Source: an uncultured cyanobacterium (GTDB lineage: Bacteria; Cyanobacteriota; Vampirovibrionia; Gastranaerophilales; Gastranaerophilaceae). Taken from it: a stretch of 25,094 nt of DNA. A program made the translations under genes and the position numbers. Positions 7,351 through 15,109 of this stretch are shown piece by piece. The stretch covers positions 1 through 25,094 of the forward strand of contig CAMAML010000001.1 of the NCBI GenBank assembly GCA_945836835.1, in the 5' to 3' direction. The number at the start of each line of letters is the position of its first letter. Position 1 is the first letter of the stretch. The notes below the pieces were generated by a model that made no database searches, was not told the origin of the DNA, and saw nothing but the letters and a program-made list of their open reading frames with translations.

Positions 7351-8295
7351 ATGAAAGTTAGTGTAAAAGTACCGGCAACCATCGCAAACATCGGACCGGG
7401 GTTTGACTGCCTCGGATTGGCAGTCCCGATATATAATACGATTACCATTGAAGAAACCGTACTTCCGGGGACTGGGGTTGAGATAAACGTCTTGGCAAGC
7501 GAAGATTTGACGGACGAATTATCACTCGAACATATCCAGATGGACGAAAACAGTATTATTTACAAGGCGGTTGAGCTTTTGTACAATTCAATCGGACAAA
7601 CTCCGAGCGAATTAAAGATTACCATACACTCGGAAATCCCTATTGCAAAAGGCTTAGGAAGCAGTGCATCGGTAATCGTGGGCGGATTGATTGCTGCAAA
7701 CGAGCTTTTGGGACACCCTGCGGATGAGGCGGCTCTACTGTCAATCGCAACCGAGGTTGAAGGACATCCTGACAACATTACGCCTGCAATAGTCGGCGGA
7801 ATTGTGATTTCGTCAAGCGAAGATGACGGGAGCATTATTTACAGAAAATTAAACTGGCCCGAAGATTGGGTTTTAACTGTAGTCATCCCTGATTACGAGC
7901 TTGCTACGGAAATCTCAAGATCGGTGTTGCCTAAAGAAGTTCCGATGAAGGATGCGGTCTTTAACCTTCAAAGAATGGCTATGTTTACGACGGCATTGGC
8001 AAACAAAGATGCGGAATTGATGAAATTAGCCCTGAAGGATAAACTTCACCAACCGTACAGACAAAAACTCGTGCCGGGGTTTGACAAGATTACGGAAAAA
8101 CTTAAGCACGAGGACTCGGTTATGGGTTGTGTTTTGAGCGGAGCAGGACCTTCCGTTCTTGTAATTTCTCAAAAGAACGGTGCGGACAAGGTTCGAGAAA
8201 TCATCAAAGAAACTTGGAAAGATTTGGATATTAACGTTAAAGTTGTAACCCTCCCAATCGAGCAGAACGGTGCAAAAGTCGTCAGTGTAGTGTAA
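7351..8295 (+). CDS. thrB: Homoserine kinase (GHMP family)
   Basis: VPATIANIGPGFDCLGLA, PIAKGLGSSAS (GHMP P-loop), EGHPDN, DKLHQPYR, LSGAGPS. Confidence 0.97.
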   Translation: MKVSVKVPATIANIGPGFDCLGLAVPIYNTITIEETVLPGTGVEINVLASEDLTDELSLEHIQMDENSIIYKAVELLYNSIGQTPSELKITIHSEIPIAKGLGSSASVIVGGLIAANELLGHPADEAALLSIATEVEGHPDNITPAIVGGIVISSSEDDGSIIYRKLNWPEDWVLTVVIPDYELATEISRSVLPKEVPMKDAVFNLQRMAMFTTALANKDAELMKLALKDKLHQPYRQKLVPGFDKITEKLKHEDSVMGCVLSGAGPSVLVISQKNGADKVREIIKETWKDLDINVKVVTLPIEQNGAKVVSVV

Positions 8296-8357
8296 ATCGG
8301 CGGGCTAAAAAACTTTTGACATAAAAATTAACAACTCTTTGTTTAAAACTTTCCTCA

Positions 8358-8366
8358 TGGTAACAT
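8358..8366 (+). promoter_or_regulatory. Extended -10 element placing +1 on the dnaE start codon (leaderless)
   Basis: TGGTAACAT, 6 nt, then ATG at 8373; no SD upstream. Confidence 0.5.
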
Positions 8367-8372
8367 TAAATT

Positions 8373-11300
8373 ATGACACAATATGTTCCTCTACATTTGC
8401 ATAGTGAATTTTCTTTGCTGGACGGGGCGATTAAGCTCAAACAGCTCTGTCAGTTTGCAAAAGAAAACGACATGCCTGCCGTTGCTGTTACCGACCACGG
8501 GGTCATGTACGGGGTTTTGGACTTGTATTTGGAAGCTAATGCCGCAGGAATTAAGCCACTTATCGGGTGCGAATTTTACGTACACGACGGTCCTTTAGAC
8601 GAGAGAAACGCAGCACACAACCCTCGTTATCACCTTGTGCTTATCGCAAAGAATAACGAAGGTTATATGAACATGGTTAAACTTGCCTCAGACGCGGCAT
8701 GCAAAGGTTTCTATATGAAACCGAGAATAAATTGGGAGTTGTTGCAGGAACATCACGAAGGAATTATTTGCCTTTCGGCGTGCTTGGGTGGCGAGGTTTT
8801 GCAGCACTTACAAAAAGGGGAATACGAAGAGGCAAAAGCCGTTGCAAAACGCTATAAAGATTTGTTCGGGGAAGATTACTATATCGAGCTTCAAGACCAC
8901 GGGCTTGAAGAACAAAAACGCACAAACCCCGATTTGATTAGGATTGCCAAAGAATTAGACATCAAAATGGTAATCACCAACGACTCTCACTACTTGAGAA
9001 AAGAGCATGCCGACTGGCACGATACGTTGCTATGTATGCAAACCCAGTCAATGAAGAGTGAAGAAAATCGGTTCAGATTTCCTAACAACGAGTTTTACGT
9101 AAAGACGGTCGACGAATTGAGAGACGCGTTCAAGTGGCTTGACTCCGAAACTTTCGACGAATGCATAAAAAACACGGTCGAAATTGCCGACAAATGTCAC
9201 ATAACGATTGAGTGGAAAGCACCGTTGCCTGATTTTAAAGTTCCTGCGGGACATACGAACGAGTCTTACCTTGCGGAATTGGTAATGCAGGGGCTAAAAA
9301 GAAAATACGGCGAAGAAAACATTACGGACGAATTAAAAGAGCGTGTGGACTATGAACTCGGGATTATCGACAAAATGGGGTTTGCAGCGTACTTCCTGAT
9401 TACGTGGGACTTCATCCACTTTGCAAAAACTCACGACATCCCGGTCGGTCCGGGGCGTGGTTCGGCGGCGGGTTCGGTTGTAGCGTACGCACTCGATATT
9501 ACGGACTTAGACCCTATCCGCCACCATCTGTTGTTTGAAAGATTTTTGAACCCCGAACGTTTCAGCATGCCCGATATTGATACGGACTTTTGCATCGAAA
9601 AACGCGGCGAGGTTATCGACTACGTTGTCGAAAAATACGGTGCGGATAAGGTTTGTCAGATTATCACGTTTTCAACCTTGGCGGCAAAAAACGCGTTTAA
9701 GAGTGTTGCAAGAGTTTTCGGAATGGAGTATGCAAAAAGTAACCGTACGGCGTCTTTGATTACCGAAGAAACCATTGAAGCCTCCATGCCGGAAGGGTCT
9801 GAGCTTAAAAAATTGTACGACGAGGACGAGGAAATCAAACGCACGATAGACACGGCGGTGTGCGTTCAAGGGATTAAGTGCGGTATCGGCATGCACGCCG
9901 CAGGCGTCATTATTTCGTATAAGCCGCTCGATCAGATTGTTCCCGTCCAGCCTTCAAAAGACGGAATTATCATTACCCAGTACCACAGAGAAATCTTGGA
10001 AAAGATGAAACTTCTCAAGATGGACTTTTTGGGGTTAAGAAACTTGACGATGATACACAAGACCGTCAACTTAGTCAAAAAATGTCAGGGAATTGAGCTT
10101 GATATTAACCACATTCCGCTTGACGACAAACCGACTTACGATATGCTTGTAAAAGGTGAAACGGTCGGGGTTTTCCAGTTGGAATCTCAGGGGATGACGA
10201 ATTTGGTCAAGAAACTTAAACCCGACGTGTTTGAGGACTTGGGGGCATTGGTTGCGTTGTTTCGTCCGGGACCTCTTGGTTCGGGCATGGTGGACGACTT
10301 TGTCGAGAGAAAGCACGGGCGACAAGAGATTACCTATGCTCATCCTCGGCTTGAGCCTATCTTGAAAGACACCTACGGGACAATGGTTTATCAAGAGCAA
10401 ATTATGCAGATTTTCCAGATTATGGCGGACTATTCGCTCGGTCAGGCGGATCAGGTTCGACGTATGATGGGGCATAAAGATCCTGAGGCGATGGCGGCAC
10501 AGGAAGGCAAGCTCGTTGAAGGTTCGGCAAAATACGGGATGAAGGCGGAGGACGCAAAAAAACTCTTCACCCAAATCCAAAACTTTGCTGCGTACTGCTT
10601 TAACCGAGCCCACTCTTCGGCGTATGCGTTCGTTTCTTATCAGACGGCGTATTTGAAATGCCACTATCCCGTCGAATACTTGTCGGCACTGCTTTCAAGC
10701 GTTGCGGGCGATCAGGAAAAAACGCAGGCTTATATCGAAGAGGCACTAAAATATGGGATAAAAGTTTTGCCGCCGGATATAAACAAGTCATTTTTGGAAT
10801 ACGCACCTGACGGGCATAACATACGCTTTGGTTTGGCGTCGATTAAACAGGTCGGCGAAGCCGTTATCGAAGAAATTATAAAGGAACGGGAAGAAAACGG
10901 CGAGTATAAGTCGATTTATGATTACATAAAGCGTCTTGACTCAAAATGCTCAAACAAAAAGACTTTGGAAGGGCTGATTAAGGCGGGGGCGTTCTCTTCA
11001 ATCGAAAAGAGCCGTAAACAGCTTTGGGATAACATTGAATACCTGACAGCAACGGCATCTAAAGAGGCGAAGGCAAAAGAGTCGGGACAGACCAGCTTGT
11101 TTGATATGCTTGGAAGCAGTGCCGAAATTGAGGACGCAAAGTTTCATCTTGCAGGTTCTGACGAAGAGTACCCCGAAAGACAGCTCCAAATTTTTGAAAA
11201 AGAGTTTTTGGGATTTTACGTTACCAGCCACCCTCTCTCGACAATCAGGAGCAAGTTGCCGTTTTTGATGACGCATAAGATTTCAGAATTACCGAACATT

Positions 11301-11846
11301 GCAAACGATAAGGTCGTGACAATTTGCGGGCTTGTTACCGCGACAAAACAAATTCCGACCAAAAAAGACCCGACAAAATTTATCAGGTTTGTGACGATAG
11401 AAGATTTGACGGGGAAAATCGACGCAATAGCGTTTAACTCAAAGATTGCGGAATACGGCGACTTTTTGCAAAACGAACAACGAATAATCGTGTCGGGTAA
11501 AGTCAGCCGTCGAACGGACGACGAACCGCCTTCGGTTCTTATTGATACGGTCAAAACCGTTGATAATTCCAATATTTTCACGATTACGTTAAAGGATGAG
11601 TTGAAGTTTGAAGAGTTGGTTCTTTTGAAGGACAAACTTTGCGAACACCACGGCTCCGATCCCGTTATGTTCAAACTCGACGACGACGGAATAGACGCAA
11701 AAGTTCTTGCGGCGTCAATGTTTTGGGTTAACTCCTCAAACGATTTGGCAAACGATATACAAAGAATTTTTAAAGACAGAGTTTCTCTGAACATTAAATC
11801 CATAGACGAAAACGAGAGTAGGTCGGAAGCCGAAGAGGCGGCATAG
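8373..11846 (+). CDS. dnaE: DNA polymerase III alpha subunit, full length and intein-free
   Basis: PHP motifs HLH/TDHG/TNDSH, GPGRGSAAGS, FERFLNPER, catalytic MPDIDTDF, HAAGVII, KMDFLGL, YCFNRAHS, OB fold and C-terminal domain. Confidence 0.99.
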   Translation: MTQYVPLHLHSEFSLLDGAIKLKQLCQFAKENDMPAVAVTDHGVMYGVLDLYLEANAAGIKPLIGCEFYVHDGPLDERNAAHNPRYHLVLIAKNNEGYMNMVKLASDAACKGFYMKPRINWELLQEHHEGIICLSACLGGEVLQHLQKGEYEEAKAVAKRYKDLFGEDYYIELQDHGLEEQKRTNPDLIRIAKELDIKMVITNDSHYLRKEHADWHDTLLCMQTQSMKSEENRFRFPNNEFYVKTVDELRDAFKWLDSETFDECIKNTVEIADKCHITIEWKAPLPDFKVPAGHTNESYLAELVMQGLKRKYGEENITDELKERVDYELGIIDKMGFAAYFLITWDFIHFAKTHDIPVGPGRGSAAGSVVAYALDITDLDPIRHHLLFERFLNPERFSMPDIDTDFCIEKRGEVIDYVVEKYGADKVCQIITFSTLAAKNAFKSVARVFGMEYAKSNRTASLITEETIEASMPEGSELKKLYDEDEEIKRTIDTAVCVQGIKCGIGMHAAGVIISYKPLDQIVPVQPSKDGIIITQYHREILEKMKLLKMDFLGLRNLTMIHKTVNLVKKCQGIELDINHIPLDDKPTYDMLVKGETVGVFQLESQGMTNLVKKLKPDVFEDLGALVALFRPGPLGSGMVDDFVERKHGRQEITYAHPRLEPILKDTYGTMVYQEQIMQIFQIMADYSLGQADQVRRMMGHKDPEAMAAQEGKLVEGSAKYGMKAEDAKKLFTQIQNFAAYCFNRAHSSAYAFVSYQTAYLKCHYPVEYLSALLSSVAGDQEKTQAYIEEALKYGIKVLPPDINKSFLEYAPDGHNIRFGLASIKQVGEAVIEEIIKEREENGEYKSIYDYIKRLDSKCSNKKTLEGLIKAGAFSSIEKSRKQLWDNIEYLTATASKEAKAKESGQTSLFDMLGSSAEIEDAKFHLAGSDEEYPERQLQIFEKEFLGFYVTSHPLSTIRSKLPFLMTHKISELPNIANDKVVTICGLVTATKQIPTKKDPTKFIRFVTIEDLTGKIDAIAFNSKIAEYGDFLQNEQRIIVSGKVSRRTDDEPPSVLIDTVKTVDNSNIFTITLKDELKFEELVLLKDKLCEHHGSDPVMFKLDDDGIDAKVLAASMFWVNSSNDLANDIQRIFKDRVSLNIKSIDENESRSEAEEAA

Positions 11847-11855
11847 CGATTTTAG

Positions 11856-12110
11856 TTAGCCTTGTTTGGGGCGGAAAACATTGTCCCACCGTTTAATTGC
11901 ACCTAAGTGCCAAAGGGAGGACAAAATCGTGAGCCACCCGCAATATTTATGAAACTTATTTTTATGGGGTATTTTAACTGATTTTAAGCCCGTAATCCCG
12001 CACGCTGAACCTAAAGTCAAGGCGGTATAGCCCGAATATTTTATGTTCAAATATCGAGCTTTACTTTTTTGCGGTCTTTGAGAAGGTTGCACTGTTACAT
12101 TGCTAATCAT
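11856..12110 (-). CDS. Small hypothetical, probably membrane-associated protein (84 aa)
   Basis: Fills the gap between dnaE and rmlC without overlap; two modest hydrophobic segments; TATAAT 6 nt before the ATG. Confidence 0.6.
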   Translation of the reverse strand: MISNVTVQPSQRPQKSKARYLNIKYSGYTALTLGSACGITGLKSVKIPHKNKFHKYCGWLTILSSLWHLGAIKRWDNVFRPKQG

Positions 12111-12116
12111 ACCGAG

Positions 12117-12145
12117 ATTATAACCCGAGAGGGAAATTTTTTCTA
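12117..12145 (-). promoter_or_regulatory. Sigma70 promoter giving a leaderless transcript for the 84-aa ORF
   Basis: Minus strand TAGAAA, 17 nt, TATAAT, 6 nt, ATG. Confidence 0.55.
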
Positions 12146-12221
12146 ATTTTACAAAAATTAACGTTCAAAACATTTTTGCGGGAATGGGGTTTTGATTGTT
12201 ATTAATTTTTGTTTTTTAGGG

Positions 12222-12227
12222 TATAAT
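12222..12227 (+). promoter_or_regulatory. -10 element for the rml operon
   Basis: TATAAT upstream of SD AAGGAG (12236-12241); -35 weak. Confidence 0.45.
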
Positions 12228-12249
12228 GGTGATATAAGGAGTAGGGAAT

Positions 12250-12807
12250 ATGCCGTTTGAGTTTGAACCGCAAAGGATTAAAGATGTTATACTTGTTAGA
12301 CCGAAGGTTTTCGGGGACAGGCGGGGTTTTTTTATGGAAAGCTACAAAAAGTCAGAGTTTGCGGCTTTCGGGATTGACGTTGAATTTAATCAGGAAAACC
12401 ATTCAAAGTCATCGGCACACGTTTTAAGGGGGCTGCATTATCAGGCAAAACCTTACGGGCAGGCAAAGCTCGTACGCTGCGGGCGGGGCAGAATTTACGA
12501 CGTTGCGGTGGATATTCGTCCGAACTCTCCGACTTTTGGGGAATATGTCAAGGTGGAACTGTCCGAAGAAAACAAGCACATGCTCTTCATTCCCGAAGGG
12601 TTTGCACACGGGTTTGTCGTGCTGTCGGACGAAGCGGAACTTCTTTATAAAGCAAGCGGGGAATACGCCCCAAAGGCAGATAGAGGAATTTTGTGGTGCG
12701 ATAAGGACATCAATATCGACTGGGAAATAGATTTTGACCCGATTTTGAGCGAAAAAGACAAAGTTCAACCGAGATTACAGGAAATTAATAAAGAGGAGCT
12801 GATATAA
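12250..12807 (+). CDS. rfbC: dTDP-4-dehydrorhamnose 3,5-epimerase
   Basis: PKVFGDRRGFFMESY, QENHSKS, LRGLHYQ, GRIYDVAVDIR, FIPEGFAHGF, ILSEKD. Confidence 0.98.
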   Translation: MPFEFEPQRIKDVILVRPKVFGDRRGFFMESYKKSEFAAFGIDVEFNQENHSKSSAHVLRGLHYQAKPYGQAKLVRCGRGRIYDVAVDIRPNSPTFGEYVKVELSEENKHMLFIPEGFAHGFVVLSDEAELLYKASGEYAPKADRGILWCDKDINIDWEIDFDPILSEKDKVQPRLQEINKEELI

Positions 12808-13790
12808 TGACTACACTTTTAGTAACCGGCGGTGCCGGGTTTATCGGAAGTTGTTTTGTAAGGCACGAGTTAAAAAAACATCCCGATTATAAAATTATCA
12901 ACCTTGATGCACTCACTTATTGCGGGAATATCGAGAACCTTGACGACGTCAAAGATAATCCGAATTATACCTTTGTTCACGGAAACATTTGCGACAAAAA
13001 TCTTGTCAGAGAACTCGTCAGAGAAAGTGATTGCGTAGTCAATTTTGCGGCGGAAAGCCATGTGGATAATTCCATAAAACATCCCGGAATTTTTGTCGAA
13101 ACAAACGTGCAGGGAACGTTAAATCTTTTGCAGGCAAGTAAAGAACTCGGGGTTGAAAGATATTTGCAGGTTTCGACCGACGAGGTTTACGGAACGTTGG
13201 ATAAAACGGGGTATTTTTATGAAACAACTCCGCTTGCACCAAATTCACCTTATTCCGCAAGCAAAGCAAGTGCCGATATGCTTGTCAGAGCCTACAGAGA
13301 AACTTACGGAATGCCGACCCTGAACACCAGATGTTCAAACAATTACGGACCTTACCAGTATCCCGAAAAACTGATACCTTTTTTTATTTCGCAACTTTTA
13401 AAAAGCGAAAAAGTACCCGTCTACGGCGACGGATTGAACGTTCGGGATTGGTTGTACGTTTATGACCATTGTGAAGCGATTGACGTCGTTCTTCATAAGG
13501 GAAAAGTCGGGGAAGTTTACAATATCGGCGGACACAACGAAAAGACCAATATGGAAATTACGCACCTCATTTTAGAGGCGATGGGCAAGGACGAAAGCTC
13601 GATTAAGTATGTCGAAGACAGACCGGGACACGACAGACGGTATGCGATTTCTAACGACAAGATTACGTCGGAATTGGGCTGGAAACCTTCTATCACTTTT
13701 GAGGAAGGGATTAAACTCACGATTGACTGGTATTTGAAAAATCAAGATTGGATGAAGTCGATTGAAGAGAAAAAAGTTGCACTTGCTTAA
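12807..13790 (+). CDS. rfbB: dTDP-glucose 4,6-dehydratase
   Basis: VTGGAGFIGS, DALTYCGN, NFAAESHVD, VSTDEVYG, PYSASKAS, RCSNNYGPYQYPEKLIP, DRPGHDRRY. Confidence 0.98.
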   Translation: MTTLLVTGGAGFIGSCFVRHELKKHPDYKIINLDALTYCGNIENLDDVKDNPNYTFVHGNICDKNLVRELVRESDCVVNFAAESHVDNSIKHPGIFVETNVQGTLNLLQASKELGVERYLQVSTDEVYGTLDKTGYFYETTPLAPNSPYSASKASADMLVRAYRETYGMPTLNTRCSNNYGPYQYPEKLIPFFISQLLKSEKVPVYGDGLNVRDWLYVYDHCEAIDVVLHKGKVGEVYNIGGHNEKTNMEITHLILEAMGKDESSIKYVEDRPGHDRRYAISNDKITSELGWKPSITFEEGIKLTIDWYLKNQDWMKSIEEKKVALA

Positions 13791-13816
13791 GAAAATTTAG
13801 AGGGAAACGGCTTTTG

Positions 13817-15010
13817 ATGAAAAAATTGGTTTTAATTTTAGCGGGAATGTTGTTATTGACTTTGCCGAGTTTTTCCGAAGAACGGGATTTGACCTTTATA
13901 TATATAAACGGTTCAAACAACAACGACACCAAGATGAAGAACTGGTACATCAAGGGCGTGAACAAGCTACATCCCGTGATGAAAAAGAAGTTTGAAAAAA
14001 ATCCTTCAATAAAAAAATGGACAAAAGAAAATAAACTCGTGATAGACGACGAGCCGCAAATTTTCTTTTGGGGCTACAACAGCAAGACGGATTTAGATTT
14101 TGTCAAAGAAAGGCTGGATATTTCAAAGGCGTTCAGTTCAACTTTGGCGTATGAAATTCGGAGTTTGTTGACACAGTTTATGCACGACGCAATTTGGGTT
14201 CAAAAACCGCACAATATGCTTCCGCTTATTGACGAATTGAACGATATGGTAAAAGCCGAAACCTCAAAAGGGAAAAAGGTTATTTTGTTCGGGTATTCGG
14301 CGGGTACGTTTGTGAATTACCAATATCTGTTGTATAAAATGCCTTATATAAACCTCGAAAAACTCTTTGAGGCAACGACTTCCAACGAAGAGCTTGTGAA
14401 ATTCGTAAGAGAAAACCCAAGGAAGAACACCTGCCTTTCGGCACTTTCTTATGAGAAAGGAAATTTGGGGGTAATTTCCGAGACGGGGCATCTGGTTTTA
14501 AATCAAGATACGGATGAGTTGAAGAAGAATTATTTGGTATTGGACGAGGCAACGGAGAGGTACTGTTCGCCCGAAGGTGCCGTTAAAGGGGCGGTAAATT
14601 TTGCAAGCCCTATTCCGCTTTTTTACTCGGATTTGAGCGACCCGAATTATCAGGTAACTTTTTATAACAAATATTTGCTAAAATACATTTTTGAAAACGG
14701 AGTGTATTTTTTGACGGTTAATTTTAGGGAAGATCCTCTGGGATTTCCGAGTGGCAGAAATTTGACAATCCCACAATATGAAGAGGTATTAGACTTTACA
14801 ATCGAGAAGCCGAACGGGGTAATTTACGATTACTCGAGCGTTTGGTCGAAGCGGTCGGCACTTTTTGCACATACTTCCTACTGGTCTGCGAGAGGAACTT
14901 TTTCCAATGCCGTCGTCAAAAGTTTTGTGAACGGGACAAAATTTTTGTATGACGAAAATTATCAGAACAAAGTTTTGAAAAGAAAAAGTAAGAAATCCGA
15001 AATTTTGTAA
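13817..15010 (+). CDS. Secreted hypothetical protein, alpha/beta-hydrolase-like
   Basis: Signal peptide MKKLVLILAGMLLLTLPSFS; GYSAG nucleophile elbow after a hydrophobic strand; REDPLG and C-terminal HTSYW as candidate Asp/His; alternative TTG start at 13814. Confidence 0.7.
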   Translation: MKKLVLILAGMLLLTLPSFSEERDLTFIYINGSNNNDTKMKNWYIKGVNKLHPVMKKKFEKNPSIKKWTKENKLVIDDEPQIFFWGYNSKTDLDFVKERLDISKAFSSTLAYEIRSLLTQFMHDAIWVQKPHNMLPLIDELNDMVKAETSKGKKVILFGYSAGTFVNYQYLLYKMPYINLEKLFEATTSNEELVKFVRENPRKNTCLSALSYEKGNLGVISETGHLVLNQDTDELKKNYLVLDEATERYCSPEGAVKGAVNFASPIPLFYSDLSDPNYQVTFYNKYLLKYIFENGVYFLTVNFREDPLGFPSGRNLTIPQYEEVLDFTIEKPNGVIYDYSSVWSKRSALFAHTSYWSARGTFSNAVVKSFVNGTKFLYDENYQNKVLKRKSKKSEIL

Positions 15011-15038
15011 CGAGATGTTAAGCAATTTTCGAAAATAT

Positions 15039-15066
15039 TAAATAAATGCCTAAAACAGACCGATAA
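15039..15066 (+). promoter_or_regulatory. Possible sigma28 (FliA/SigD)-type promoter
   Basis: TAAA (15039-15042), 16 nt, ACCGATAA (15059-15066); consensus is TAAA-N15-GCCGATAA. Confidence 0.4.
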
Positions 15067-15109
15067 TACGATTAAGTGTAAAAGTGCATAAATTATCTTG
15101 AGGTTACGT

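Noticed and set aside
10071-11803. Antisense ORFs of 197 and 195 aa within dnaE
   Set aside because: Fully nested opposite a highly conserved gene with no recognisable motifs; shadow ORFs
8373-11846. Intein or intron in dnaE
   Set aside because: Normal length (1157 aa); no splicing motifs or endonuclease domain; the known insertion site is contiguous
15098-15109. TTG start for the giant gene
   Set aside because: SD GAGG at 15100-15103 overlaps it and is correctly spaced for ATG 15110
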